64,000 bases of DNA from Octopus vulgaris (GCA_951406725.2 OX597822.1:8060001-8124000), one strand, 5' to 3'; positions 25,570 through 41,236 are shown, numbered from the stretch's first letter. The notes: generated by a model not told the origin, from the sequence alone. A program made the numbers and translations.

Positions 25570-28130
25570 CAGACCTTACTGATTCCCTCACAGTAGGAGA
25601 GAAACAACTGCTAAGCTATGGACCCAAATTCATTCTAACTCAACACAATGTCAAATTGAAACTGAAGATAGAGACCAACTTCTGTCGGACAGCTTACCAA
25701 CTAAAATAGATTACGGCCCTTAACCCCTCTCTCCCTACATCATCTTCGCCTTCATCGTCATCGCTGCTAATACCTTCACTGTCGACATTATCGCAGTTAT
25801 TACCCTCACTATCATCTACATCTTCTTCTACACCTTCCTCATCACCATCATTGACGACTTCATCTGCGTCATCGTCATCATCATTCCTTTTAGTCCTACC
25901 TCCTCCTCTCCCTCCACCGCCCCACTTCTTCCTCATCGTCTTCTTCACCATCTTCATCATAATCATCGTCATCTCTTTCTTCTTCTTCTTCTTCTTCTTC
26001 GTCTTCATCTTCTGCTTTTTAACATTCTACCCCCTTCTCTCCCTCCTCCTCCGTTACACTTAAATTCCCCGTCCACCACCTCGATTAATCAGTCCACCCC
26101 TCCCAAACCCGAACTCAACACTAAACTAACTAGACCCAAAAATCCATACTTAATATATTAGATAAATGCCCTTCCCATCACGCAACTTTACTAAATCCTA
26201 ATTACTGACCTTGCAAAACCTAAGAAACGAAACCCTCATCTACCTACCTACAGACAAAGGGAAGGAATTCTGCAGTATAGACAAACTCACCTGCACCAAA
26301 CTAGCTCTCGAACACCTCAGTGAAACCACACTGTACGAAAAGGTTTACAACATCACACCTCACTAACTGGAGTCCACCATCAACACCAGCTGAACCAACA
26401 TCTGTCACCAAAGGAATTTCTCTAAGAATACTAGACTGAACTACACAGCTAAAAACACCACTCTTCCAACCTTCTACCACTTAATAAAAACCTACAAACC
26501 CGGGCATAAGCTTATAGTCAGACCCATAATATTAGGAATTAACGGTCCTTTCTGTAAGATTTCTTGGCTCCTCTCTAAACTCCCCAAGCCCTTACTACAC
26601 GCATTCCCCGGACACATCAGCAGCTCCCCCCAAATCTTCACAAGACCCTCCATATCTAAAACTAACAAATACCCTTTTATTTTAGTCTCTATACCTTTGA
26701 ACCCGCTCTCCCGGCCGTTGATATCCTCATATACCACATCACGTCCTTAGTTCCCCCCACATCTCCTTGACCCACCTCAATCCTCATCTCTAGCTCACTC
26801 CCCTGCAATCTCTTCCTCCTCTCTATATTTCCCTTCGTCTTCTCCCACCTCTCCATCCATCAATATCCAGCTCTTCGGCCTCACACCCTCGGACATACGA
26901 GAGTTACTAACCATTATAGTTGGTAACACCTACTTCCAATATAAATGTGTGATTTACAAACAGATTTCCGACCTACCTATGGAATCTAGCCTTTCAGGCC
27001 TGCTGGCCATCACGTACATGGATAAGCTAGAACGCACAGCATTCAACACTTGCCGCTCATGCATCTTCTTCTCCAATTCGTCGATGACATCGTTATCATC
27101 ACGTCTTCCAGGGATGAGGCCATTATCATACACCAGACCTTCAATAACCGACATAAACATCAAACACGAGATTGAACATCCAGACGATTCCGGAATGCTC
27201 TCTCTCTACTCGACTTCCAACTAAAGATCACAGAGGAAGGCTCCATATTTACCAAATTCTAAAGAAAAGCAGCTAATAGAAAACTTTTCGTTCACTACCA
27301 GTCAACCTTACCCACCAGAGCCAAAGCCGCAACGTGACAAACGAGATTGCACGTATAAACAGCAATTGCGGTAACGTGACCGACAAAGCCGTCTTTAGCA
27401 ATCAGTTCCTCAGAGACATAAACCTGAATAGCTACTCACCATTTTAGATAAATAACGGTGCCTGAAGAACATCGAGGTCTATAAACCCCGGAAGAACCAT
27501 CGTACTCCCAAGTCCAGCACGTACATCCGAACGCTACCACACTTTGACGGCAGAACTACCGCAGCGATACAATACGCAGTCCGCAGAGAAGGACTCGACA
27601 TACAGACAGTGCACACCGGCCCTTCCCTGATAAAAGCTCTGTTCAAGAACAACACCTCTCACTAGCCCCCAGGAGTGCACATTGTCGAACTTCTCCTTCA
27701 ATGACCCTGAATTGTGCCAGAGGACCTATGTTGTATAGGAGATCACCCGTGGAAAATGTGCCGCGTCCTACATAGGAAGCACGACACGAAAACTGCATAC
27801 ACGCATTAAGGAACACATGCAGACAGACACTTCCGTGAAGAAACATCTATGGAAATGCCGGACCCGGGAATTCCCAGTGCATATCAAGGCAACACTGCGG
27901 AACAGGGGCAAGCATGGAATCTCTGAGGCCATCCTCATACACCAAAAGAAAACTAAGATCAACAATCGAAGAGAGTTACAAGAAGATATTTGGTTGATAT
28001 GGCAATGCCTTTCAACGCATGCCCACTCCACACACGCTCACACACATGCACATCGGCAACATTCGTCAATTTCTTGAAGATAGGGTGATAATCCCGAAAT
28101 ATTGAATACAAGATAAGTCTACATTAATTC
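25570..28130 (+). mobile_element. Decayed Penelope-like element (RT plus GIY-YIG endonuclease)
   Basis: Frameshifted motifs: EKQLLSYGPKF, YLPTDKG, PTFYHLIKT.KP...RPII, NTYFQY...YKQISDLPMESSLSGLLA..YM..LE, VDDI, LLDF, LFVHYQS and the GIY-YIG-like YVV*EIT.GKCAASYIGSTTRKLHTRIKEH. A low-complexity interruption spans 25710-26100. Confidence 0.85.
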
Positions 28131-28238
28131 ACATATTTTTTTTCTTGTGGTTTACATTGCATTTACTTCGCATTATCTTGACCTAACCCACGATCCTTTA
28201 TACAATATATGTGTGTGTGTGTGTATGTGTGTGTGTGC

Positions 28239-28286
<48 letters not shown>

Positions 28287-28789
28287 CGGTAGCTAGATAG
28301 TTGAATGATCTCCCTTCCAAGAAAGATTATAGAGTAACCTTCTTTTACTATATTTCTCGAAGCATGTGTGTCATGAGACGTGATTCTTAATTATTCAAGA
28401 AGCTTAGCGTTTCTCTTGGAAGTTTCTAGAATGTCTAACGTATTATTGATAAAAACAGCTTGCTAAACCTGCTCTTCGCTTCTTAGACGATTACACTTAG
28501 AGTCATTCACGTCATTGCTATGTCCATCTATTTCTCTATGCCACGTGACTGAAAACCACCACTTAGCTGTTATTTCTACATTTTCTATCTCTGAATTTTC
28601 TTGCATAGATAACATCATTCGACTAGATTCTACATTTTGATTATGAATCATCATCGACCAGTAAATAAAATATATTTTTATGTAGTAAATTTATAGTGCT
28701 AGAATTTATTCTACATCTCTATATGAACTCTGGTAATAATATACCACAACAACAACTTTTACTAACTATATATATATATATTTCTTTCT

Positions 28790-29204
28790 CTTTTTTTCTC
28801 TATTACTTGTTTCAGTCATTTGACTGCGGCCATGCAGGAGCACCGCCTTCAGTCGAGCAAATCGACCCCGGGACCCACTCCTTGTAAGCCCAGTACTTAT
28901 TTAATCGGTCTATTTTGCCGAACCGCTAAGTGACGGGGACGAAAACACATCAGCATCGGTTGTCAAGCAATGCTAGGGAAACAAACGCAGACACACAAAC
29001 ACACACACAAACGTATATATATATATATATATACATATTTACGACAGGCTTCTTTCAGTTTCCGTCTACCAAATCCACTCACAAGGCATTGGTCGGCCCG
29101 GGGCTATAGCAGAAGACTCTTGCCCATGATGCCACGCAGTGGGACTGATCCCGGAAACATGTGGTTGGTTAGCAAGCTACTTACTACGCATCCACTCCTG
29201 CGCC
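28790..29204 (-). mobile_element. SINE family B, full length
   Basis: Reverse complement of 41237-41644. Confidence 0.9.
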
Positions 29205-30106
29205 TATATATATATATATATATATATATGGAGAGAGAGAGAGAGTGGGGAAGGAGGTGGAAAGAAGAGATGTATAGAGAAATTTAGGTGCATTCTCAAA
29301 CCCTAAAACAAATCATTTCATATCACGCCCTGCGCAAGTATATTTTTCCTTCTTTCTCTCTCCTTGTTTTTTTTCTCACTACATTTTTCATTTGCATACC
29401 CTTCTGTCAAATAGCGTAAGCTCGAATTCTCAAAGACTTTTCCATCCTTCCTGAGCGTTAAATTAATACACAGGCTTATTTGTCCTTCGCTTTTTCATGT
29501 CTCTAGGAATATTTGAGCGACCGTATCATTAGAAGAGTTTGTAAAAGCAGCTTATTTAGAATGTATATTTCATAGAATCTTTTGTTCTTCAATCTGATGA
29601 AATCATTTTTATGCGCAGTACCGATTTACTTTGACAGAAGTACAACACCCTGATGCAAGCTCTGAGCTAGGGTTAAGATCTCTTTTATGTATTCTTACTA
29701 CTATTCGCTTACACACACACATTCACACACATACATACGAATGCGCACAAACGCACACACAGACACAGAAATACACATATATTTATCAATTACGAAAATT
29801 TATTTCATATACTTTTGTTATATTTTCATATGCGTTTTCATGTTATTCTCTTTCTTTAATCTGCTTTTTTTTTTCTTTCTTATTTATCAATAATATTAAG
29901 AATATGCTTTTTAAAATTAGAGGCAGCGATGCTAATAAAGTTCGCATAAGTACAAGGGTGTCCTCTTTGAACGACGCAAAATGCCATTTGCTTCACTGAT
30001 ATTTCTCATAAAACACTCACTCATACATACGTATTACTACACACACGCACGCACATACACACACACATATAAGAGAGAGAGAGAGAGAGAGAGAGATATG
30101 TATGTG

Positions 30107-30550
<444 letters not shown>

Positions 30551-30654
30551 GTGTGCGCGCGCGCATATTTATTGACATGTATTTACATATATATTCATAG
30601 AGAAATAGATAGATAAATGTGAATATATGAATTTATATATATATATATATATAT

Positions 30655-30688
<34 letters not shown>

Positions 30689-31559
30689 TACATATCAAAT
30701 TAAAGACATATACATACATGCATAGATAGGTACATCCAAGGATATGTGCATGCATATATGCATAGATGAATGCACGGATACGTAGATTCCTATTCATAAC
30801 TACTTATATACATACGTTTAGCGTTGTAGCCTATTAAATATTTTTTCTTCTATAGTATATTTTTTTTAATTTGCAGACACTTGGTTGTTTTTAACTTTAT
30901 GTAGTTGCAGCAAAAATATTTATCAAAGTTTTTGCAATCGATGATTTCTTGTTCGGAGCATCAATATTTTTTTGTGAAATATATCAAAGAAATAATAAAG
31001 TGGATGCCTCCGGTGAAAGTATTCTATATATTGCGCTCTTAATATATATCCTGAATAATATATTAAAAAATGAAAATATATTTCTTTTAAAACACAGAGA
31101 AACAGAATGACTTATAGATTTCTATTATTTTCTGAAAACAATTGAGTTTTCCTTGAAGTTATACCACATGCTAGTGCATTATCTGAAATTATTATTCTAT
31201 GAATTGCACGAGTAAAAACGACAAAAATATTTGTACATTCGAACACATATTGAAGCATAACGTATTAGCAATAAAATTGAAAAAAACAGGTTTGTATGGC
31301 CGTCGTTTTCTAAAGTGTATTCAATAACCTAGTCGCACAACTGTCACCTTTTCTTTCCCCCCGAATACATGTTATTTCCTAATGTTATGTCTTTAATTTT
31401 ATGATATTAGCTCAGTTATGAACAATTGCTAGGCACCAGTCAATAGAATGCGTACAATAATAGAACATGGAGCTGAAACTGAATACAATATATTACTATT
31501 CAAAAAATAAACTTAAAAAATATTCTTTATATACATTTATCATTACATAAGTAAAATAT

Positions 31560-31616
31560 GTGTGTATGTATATGTTTATATAGATATATGTTTGTGTGTG
31601 TGTGTATATATGTGTA

Positions 31617-31680
<64 letters not shown>

Positions 31681-31692
31681 CATGTATATATG

Positions 31693-31725
<33 letters not shown>

Positions 31726-31767
31726 ATATACATGTATATATATGTATATATATATACATATATATAT

Positions 31768-31813
<46 letters not shown>

Positions 31814-31860
31814 TATATATATATATTATATATATACATATATATATATATATGCATATA
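31560..31860. repeat. (TA)n/(TG)n compound microsatellite
   Basis: Seen directly. Confidence 0.9.
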
Positions 31861-34753
31861 AAGCATTTCCTTCGTGGTTATTGAATTACATTATATAATA
31901 TATGCATTTATTGTACTTTATTTCATTTATTTGATAATCGTTTTAGCTTCAGTGCTAATTGCATTTCTTGATAAATATTTCATAGTACATAACAACTAAA
32001 TTAGTAAGGATAAGTCGGAATGTAATCCATTTATATAGATCATTCGTGATCAATATAGTCTCGACTAAATCACACATATAGAAGTCTCATACATAAAATC
32101 CTACACTTTTCAAAAAGGCCAATAACCAATTTAGTATTAAATATTATATGTCACATAATATACTAAGTTGAAAAATGGTTAATTCTGGAATACCCCATTA
32201 AAAGAAAATCTTGATAATGTATTATTAAGCAATAACATTTATTATAGTAAAGAAAGCGACTATCTAGCTTAAACAATTATTTTAATTAAGTATACTATAA
32301 ACTACAGCTTTATGTTTCTTGACCAGCTGGCCTTGGTAGCGCAAACATTCTCAGTTATGTTGATTATATTCTTGTTTCGTTGTACTTAGACATCATCGGA
32401 GAATTCTGCTAAAAATGAATTCTATCCATGACAAAGCCGCCTTTCCTTTCACATATATTGTTTTGTACCTATTGCTTTTTCTTCAACATGACGTAATACA
32501 CATTTACTACTAAAAACAAGTAGAGAAATTAGAGATTAATATAGCAAAGTGTTTTCGGGGTTAAAGTCCAATGTGGAACTGAACAACTCGAAGCAAAGAC
32601 CTTCACTATGAGAATTATAAATATTACCGTTTTAATTATGTCGTGTCAAAAACTATATTCATATTCATGTCTGTACGCCTGTACATATTTGTAGTTAAAG
32701 GAAAGGTCTTTGTGTGTGTTTATGGATACATATATGTGTGTGTATGAAGGTGTACTTACAAACACATGCACATTTACATACAACTGTAACCACACATATA
32801 ATGGCTGAGCTATGCCATCGCTCTCTATTAACTGCTTAAAGTGCATAATAATTGAAACCTCTTCGAAGCGTCTATCAATTGTCTGTCGAAATCTGGAATT
32901 GCTTGCAATCTCTTTTCTTCATCATTGTTAGTTAGGGAAGTTCAATTAATTCAGCGCTTATATCTTCGTGACAGAAATCGAGTAATCTTATTGTGACAGG
33001 CGGTAAGTTCAGCTGTGCAAGACAATTATATTGATCGCATAAAATATGCAGTTAAATAACTGTCAGTCTCAAGATTGTGTCTCACGTAGTTGACGAGAAA
33101 TGAACAGTGAACATAAATAGCTCTGTTCTCCGCCGTGTCTACAGACACACCTACCTTCATAAATTTATCGATCAATTATAACACCGACAAACAGAAACAG
33201 ACATACAGATACACATACATACACAGGATCATACACAAATTTACATTACACGAGCAGAAAAATACAAAATCATTAACAATTGATATAACCAATATAAAAT
33301 TTAGATATATTAGAATCCACAGAACCATGAAGGACACGGGTAATTAAACAGATACATAGCTTTGAAAACCACGGTACTAATTTAGCTAGTGTTATTCTTC
33401 TATTTAACAATGTTATTCTATAATTGTAGATATATATATATATATGGAAGTGGTTATCTCGAAAATCTACGTAATTATTTGAATAGCATTGTAAACAGCA
33501 GTTAACAATAAAGTTTATGTAATCACATATACTTTTATTTTGACATGTTTCAACAATGAAAAGGCCAGAACTGTCATATTTCAAGAGATTCTGATGATAT
33601 GTGTATTTATTCTCTATAAGAGAAGTAACTCGGAAGGTTGTACACGTGTATAACTGCACACAAGAATGGGACCCAGTTATTAAAGCATGTTGATTTATTG
33701 TTTAAGAAATCAGAAAACATACTTCGCTAAACCTGTCTCGAAAATTCATACATTATATTTAAACATGTTCATTGGGTTCTCTATTATATAGTTTACAAGG
33801 GTTATCACTTAAATGTGACATAATATTTACAAGTACGATATAACATCGAGTAGGATTTAGGATATCTGTCTTAGTGTTTATCCTGGAGAAGTCACTCGTT
33901 CAAATATTGTGAGCAAAATTAGTTTTAATTTATAAAAAGTGAGATATCGTTTCATAAACTAGTATTAATACGAGTGCCATAATCATTATTAGGAAAAATA
34001 CTCCCGGTAGGTGAAATAGAATTAGAACAAAATACCCGTGGTACGTAGTTGTTTGTTATGACAGAAATATGAACCACAATTACATTTGAGCATATTTGAA
34101 GTTGAGTGGCTGACTACTACTGCCAACTTCCATGTAGTTGGCTCTAAAATCTGACAACCCGACCAAATACGACGAGCACATGTAAAATGTTTATATTCAC
34201 AATGTAAATATAAACATTCAGTCTATATATATTTCACTATATATTTTGATAATTTTCCTTTGCAAGTGTTCGTCATTATATTTCATGTTAAGACTCGTAA
34301 ATTACTTGCTGAAGTTTATAATTTTAACGCAAAACATGCAGTAAGAAAAAATATATTACAAAAAAAGATTTGCACTGCTCCGCTTGACAAATAAGAGGCA
34401 CTAACTACTAAATGAAGCGACATCAACACTGTTTGTAAATCCGTTTGAATTTATCACCGTAATTACATCTAGTTATAGGTAGTCGTTTTCGAACAAGATG
34501 GGAGTATCACGGCCTAACTCATTTATTTACTACTCACCTTACATATTAGTACTTACCAAAACCAAAATAGCACCATATAAAAATTACAAGTATCAATTTG
34601 AAGATGGTGACATAAACAGAGGTAAAATACCTAAGAGCCCAAGTAATATATACATATACTTACATGCGTACATTTATATATTAGTTCAAACTTTATAACT
34701 CTCCCTATACATATATATATATATATCTTTATCTCTCTCTTTCTCTCTGTGTG

Positions 34754-34840
<87 letters not shown>

Positions 34841-34846
<6 letters not shown>

Positions 34847-35234
34847 TAGAAAAAAGCACCTTTTATCAATTCAAACTGAATAATTAAATTACACCATCTA
34901 GAAAATTACATATAATAGAAAAGTTAAAATTAAAATAACAATTAAAAAGTAAAGATTATGTAAATTACAAAAATAATATAATATATATAATAGGTAGAAA
35001 AACGACACGTGTTTCGCTGCTATATTTAAGAAATGATTATAGTAGTAAAGAAATCACTTGCATATAAATATAGTCGCTCATCAGGTTAAAAATATAATAG
35101 AACAATTAATTAATAAATATACTTTAATATATTTTATATATATTATATTGTGTGGAATTTGATTTAGTATTTCTAAATTGAATCCTTTTTTCCTTGTAAG
35201 TTTGGATTTTATTCCCTCAAATAATAAATAAAAA

Positions 35235-35236
<2 letters not shown>
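34841..35236. mobile_element. Short AT-rich hammerhead-bearing unit between (TA)n and (CA)n tracts
   Basis: Contains the 35001-35087 hammerhead. Its right end (35175-35225) is similar to the reverse complement of 4024-4060 (GGGAATAAATCCAAATTTACAGGGAAAAA). Confidence 0.6.
35001..35087 (-). ncRNA. Type I hammerhead ribozyme, canonical core, extended stem II
   Basis: Minus strand reads AAC CUGAUGA GC-GA-CUAUAUUUA...(AAGUGAUU/AAUCAUUU)...UAAAUAUAG-CA-GC GAAA CACGUG UC|GUU. Helix III is the palindrome ACACGUGU and the site is GUC. Stem I has only 3 bp. Confidence 0.8.
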
Positions 35237-35291
<55 letters not shown>

Positions 35292-35644
35292 AAGTTACTG
35301 TTAAAAAAGTGGGGATGAATGGCGTTCAGTTACTCAGTGCATCAAATACTACAAAACGTACGAGTAGGATAGGCACAGAAGAACCCTAATTCTCCATCAG
35401 TATCGACCAAAATACTAATACTCAGTTTCATGCATTTAATGGCAAAACAGAGAACATCGTATATTGGCGACACCCGCAAAATTTGCGAAGAATTAGGACT
35501 CGAGCAAACAAAATCCTACTGGGTGGACGTACGGAAGTAAACATTTAATTTGAATCGATAGACGACGGCGGAATAAATACAGCCTTTCGGCGAAACACTA
35601 GTGTGGTGGTGAATGGATATAGAAGGGGACGTAGCAAGAGAGGA

Positions 35645-35664
35645 ATATATATATATATGTGTGT

Positions 35665-35703
<39 letters not shown>

Positions 35704-35800
35704 TGTGTGTGAGTGTGTGTGAGTGTGTGTGAGTGTGTCTGTGTGAGTGTGTGTGAGTGTGTGTGTATGTGTATGTGTGAGTGTGTGTGTGTATGTATGT

Positions 35801-35831
<31 letters not shown>

Positions 35832-35985
35832 AATGTGTGTGAGTGTGTGTGCGCGTGTGCGAGTTGTGTGTGTGTATATATGTCTATATATATATATATA
35901 GACATATATACACACACACGCACACGAACACACACGCACACACACACACACGCTCACACACACACACAAACGCTCACACACATAT
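35645..35985. repeat. (GT)n/(GTGA)n followed by (CA)n compound microsatellite
   Basis: Seen directly. Confidence 0.9.
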
Positions 35986-38090
35986 ACAATTATAAAAGAA
36001 CTACTAGTAGTTCCATATTTTAAGATACATTGATTTGGCAGATTTGTGTAACATGCCATTTATCTCCGAGCAATCTTTCGGGTTCAGTTCCTATATTACA
36101 TGTATTTAAACCCAGGACGCTGTCCTACGGGAAAAAATTAGAATAAGCGAGGACAAAACAAAAACGGGACGAAATTTGATGCAGAGAGTAGAAGGAAAAG
36201 AAGGGAAAAAAAGGAAGAAAACAAATATCTTTGTTCTCTTTTTTCTGTAGAACCATAATTAATGTTGCTGGTACAGAATAATATAACAGAAATGAGGCCA
36301 AAATCTTTGAGATATTGTCCCAGTGTATGTATTGCTTCCATTCTTCATTAATACATTCGTTTTAGTATCGAAGAGAGAAAATACAAGTGGTACCTTCTCC
36401 ATTAAGTGGAAGAGCATTTTGATCTTAGTATAAACTAGCATGCCGAATTAAGAGAAATGGATAGCCTCCTGGAACCTCATTATGAGCAATAGGAAGACAA
36501 ACACAACACTGTACCCTGTATTGATTCTTCCAAATTAGAATTCTTCTAGTATTGTTAATCATTTTATCTCTCTGCCACACTACAATAAATACTATATATC
36601 TCTCTACAACAAATATTTACATGCCCCGGTTGCAATTGTCGTTCATATGTCTCTAACTTATTTCTCTGCTTACCGGATTACTACATTAGTCACGTAATGC
36701 TTCTGACTTCCAAAGACTTATATCTAGCATTCGGTAACGTATAGCCCGTTTCAAATACGATATATATTCTGTACATGTTCTATCACAATTTGTTCATCAA
36801 TCTCATTTCTTTTACCTCTAAATAGATTGTTTAACATATATCAATGGAGACATCTCAAAGGTTAATTAATGGCTCACTCCCCCATCAAGACAATAATAAA
36901 AAACAATAAAATAGCAAAAATGTTCAGTAAACCCTTTGTTGCATTCAATAATCTTATATTTCATCTTCGAATATATTTTTAGCAGCTCTAATGATTTCTT
37001 ATGCTAAAGCAGTATTGATATGATCTATAAATATAATTTAATATTCGATTTTATCAACTGCATAGTTCATCCATCAACACGACCATCGTTGGCAGCCGAA
37101 TAATTCTCATCTTTGTCGACGTCAGGTTGGATGTCACCCTCTTCTTAATCTCCTTTCTGCTCCTCCTTCACCTCCTCCTCCTCATCATCGTCATCATCAT
37201 CATCATCATCATCATTACTATCACCATCACCACCATCATTATCAGTTTCAAGAACATTTTTGTCATGAACGCCATCGTCGGCTTTATCACCATTTTAATT
37301 ACTTCTCACATTTTCTTACCAAGATTAATTAAGATTTTCATCATTGCCTCTATTATCGGTTTATAGTATCATCATTCTATTGGCTTCTTAAAGAGCATTG
37401 CTATGAACATAATATTTTTATCCGATTACACCATTAACTTAGAATAGCAATATGACCCATAGCAGTGCTGCTTTTCTCATCAAAATTTTCTGATAATTAT
37501 AATAAACACCATATTAAGAATTTCCTGTTCGCTACAAGTAATGCAAAAACATTTAGGGTAAATCAAAAACAAAGGAGAGTTGGGGATTTACATGAACCTG
37601 CCGAAATAGAAAGAAAATAAAAATTAATAACAAATATATACCAACAAATATCCTATATATAGGGAAACTGCACAGTCGTGGGGCAGCGAAATAACATTCT
37701 TCATCTTACTCACCAGTATTATCAAGGTAAGTACATATCCCTCTTCCGATATTCACAGCCTATGGGTGCCAGTTTAGAACGCGCACACTCACTAGGGTCA
37801 CCAGCGATACACTGAGGCGCCTTTCAATTATTTTTCCGAGAGGTGCCGGACGTCCCGCTGGCTTTTCCTTCTAAACAGAAGAATAAAAAGCCTGCGAGGA
37901 CTTTGTCGAATAGGGAAGTTTCTATCTTTAGTCTTCTCATTTGCGTTTACCACGCAACTTCTTTCGCTATAGTCACGAGACAGGAAATCTGCGATTTATT
38001 AACGCCGAAAGGAAGGCAGTGTTGAGATCTTCTCAATGAAATCGGTTGATAGCTGAACGTTTCCTACATGTTTTAGCAGTTGTTCGACAT

Positions 38091-38489
38091 GCGCAGGAGT
38101 GGATGTGTGGTAAGTAGCTTGCTAACCAACCACATGGTTCCGGGTTCAGTCCAACTGCGTGGCATCTTGGGCAAGTGTCTTCTGCTATAGCCCCGGGCCG
38201 ACCAATGCCTTGTGAGTGGATTTGGTAGACGGAAACTGAAATAAGCCTGTTGTATATATGTATATATATATATGTATGTGTGTGTTTGTGTGTCTGTGTT
38301 TGTCCCCCTAGCATTGCTTGACAACCGATGCTGATGTGTTTATGTCCCCGTTACTTAGCGGTTGGGCAAAAGAGACCGATAGAATAAGTACTGGGCATAC
38401 AAAAAGAATATATCCCGGGGTTGAGTTGCTCGATTAAAGGTGGTACTCCAGCATGGCCGCAGTCAAATGACTGAAACAAGTAAAAGAGT
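38091..38489 (+). mobile_element. SINE family B, full length
   Basis: Head GCAGGAGTGGATGTGTGGTAAG through tail CAGTCAAATGACTGAAACAAGTAAAAGAG. Confidence 0.9.
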
Positions 38490-38825
38490 AGGTCTACAAT
38501 ACTCGCACACATTATGAACGCGAGCAGGACGGTTTCATCTCTCTGCGGGTATCTGTAACCAGGGACACTGTCGGCACTCCCACGTATGTAGATTTTTTTT
38601 TCCGAAACGGCAATGCTCCCGTGTATTACTGCTAGGCCAGAGATTCACATATTGTGCGTAGGTGACTAACATTCAGCTTCTTGAATATAATAAGTTTAAA
38701 AAGCAAGGTAAAATACTTACGGAACTATGAACAAATAGAATGCTGTAAAGTGAGTGAAATTTGCTCTTATAATATATGGTAATTTACAATGTGTATATAT
38801 ATATATATATATATATGATATGCTC

Positions 38826-39022
38826 TTTTACTCTTTCACTCTTATACTTGTTTCAGTCATTTGACTGCGGCTATGCTGGAGCACCGCCTTTAATCGAGCA
38901 ACTCGACCCCGGGACTTATTCTTTTGTAAGCCCAGTACTGATTCTATCGGTCTCCTTTGCTGAACCGCTAAGTAACGGTGACATAAACACACCAACATAG
39001 GTTGTCAAGCAATGCTAGGGGA
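38826..39022 (-). mobile_element. SINE family B, 3' half
   Basis: Reverse complement of the family B tail half. Confidence 0.85.
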
Positions 39023-39048
39023 ACTAAAACAGCCTGAGTAAACTATAC

Positions 39049-39081
<33 letters not shown>

Positions 39082-41236
39082 TGTATGTATGTATGTATGT
39101 ATGTATGTATGTATATTTATGCATACATGTGCATATACATATGTCGAAGTTCTTTTTCTATAATCTTGTCTCCTCTTGAGTGTACTGCTGAATCCTGCTT
39201 GGTCTGTGTATATCCACTGGTTTTCAGGGTCTCCCAATCTGCTTTTAGCAACATAAAATTGCCCGTGTACGGACACCAGTGGTTACAGCTAAAATTACCG
39301 CGTTTTTAATCAAATATTTTCAGTTACTATAGTAACAACGCTACCTACGTACTTACGTAATACTCACGCACGTACCTACCTACCTACTTTTCTATCTATC
39401 TATCCATCCGGCTGTCTTTCACACACATACACGCCCACACGTACTCTCTCTCTCTCTCTCTCAACAGTATTGTCCTTTTCTGCCGTCCTTCAACAAAGAT
39501 GTGACCCGGTAATCTCTCTAACTTATCCCCATCTCCAGTTCCCCTCCTTCTACGTATATGATGTAGCGGACAGACATACGGAGATCAGCATCTCTTTTAT
39601 ATATAATTCTCATAATTCGCTGTACCTGTGTATTTCTTCTGTCTTACAGCAGTAGTTCATAAACACACACATACACACATACACACAGACATACACACGC
39701 AAACATGGAACCACATCGCTCATGCGTGAATCTGTGTGCATGCATATGCCTATACATGTGCCTAGTTTTGTGTGAGTGTGCGCCTATATGGATTTTTCTT
39801 TAATTTCATCTGAAGTCATATTCGTGCGCTATCATTTTCTAGAAATGAAATCTCTTTGAATTTATCGAAACAGCTTTTTACATTAACGCAGAAATAAAAT
39901 AAAGCCTAAACTGAAAAACCATACAAAGACAGAAACTATTAAATATCAAAAGGCCAAATGTACATAGATACTCATTTTTTTTTTACTTTTATTAAGAAAA
40001 CAACTTACACAGACGTGTTATTTTATTTGAGGTATAATTTGTTACAAAGTAGAAGTAATTTTAAAATATGACATTAAACTGAACTGGAATATGAATCGAT
40101 AGAAATGAAAAAAGGCATTAGCTAATCCGCGTAAAATTGTATTAAATAATGTTTCACTTGTGTAATATAGCGAAGATATTTCTTAGATTTCTTCCAATAC
40201 GCTTGTGCACGAATATCCATAATATATTGATGTACAGAACGTTTTGTAACTCATCATGTTGATTAATTTGGATTACAATCAATAACGAACCATTTTGTAT
40301 GTATAATGCTGCGACTCTCACCTGTATTTCCTGTATTTTAACGGAAGGGCTATCGAAGTACAATAGATATTCCATGCAACGAGTGAAAGAAATATATTTA
40401 TTAAAGTTATGTATGTATGTACACATATTTCAATGATCTAATTTTAAGAGCAACGTGAACGTATATTCGGAATATTGGTCTGCGGCATGCATTTGAAGAG
40501 TGCATTCATTTCACTCCCTTTCTACAGTACAGATTTGGATTTCATGTACATATTTTTTAAACAAATGATAAAAAATAGATTATCATGTGTACGTGGCATG
40601 TGCCTAGAGAGATGTATAGAATTCCATGTTGCTCTGTGTAAAGGAATTCCAAATATGCCTTTCCAATGCATGCTAAAATCTAATTTTCAGAATATATTGC
40701 ATATGATGATATGCAATATATTTCAATACAAATTACAATATATGATGTACTTCAGCTTTACTTATAATTCAATATGAAGTGAACTACATTCTATATACAT
40801 CGCCATTTAACAGCTTTACATATGTCATTTTAAGTCAATTTCTACCACAATATGACAAAAGAAATATGGCAGCCAAATTCATGTTTGTTGTTGGGCCAAC
40901 TTATTTTGGGACAGGGAGTTTGAAGTTTTTACAAATTTATGTTATGTTTTTCCAGAGACCAAGTCTTACCCGACAGAACAAGTACCTGAGGATCAACGGC
41001 ACTAAACGCACGTTATGCAGTGTAGCGTGCATTTGGCAATATAGAGTTCCATAAAAAATAATGTTATTTCTATCAGGTCGAGAGAATTTTTAAACATCTC
41101 TGCGCTGTCGTATAATCTTACATATCAGTTGTTGTTTTTCTACTTTCCTACACCCGCGTGCGCACACATACATATATACTCACTCATACACACGCACTCA
41201 ATTTCCTTAATAGCAGTTTGAAACTTAAAGTTTTGA

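Noticed and set aside
25694-26063. Acidic or poly-K low-complexity ORFs
   Set aside because: They are degenerate trinucleotide repeats interrupting the Penelope-like element.
29400-29436. CTT-CTGTCAA-ATAGCGTAAGCTC-GAAT..AAAG hammerhead-like string
   Set aside because: Too many core mismatches to support without a family consensus.
35582-35606. GCC-UUUC-GGC GAAA CACUAGUG UG hammerhead half
   Set aside because: Good stem II and a 10-nt palindrome, but no NUGANNA upstream and position 17 is G.
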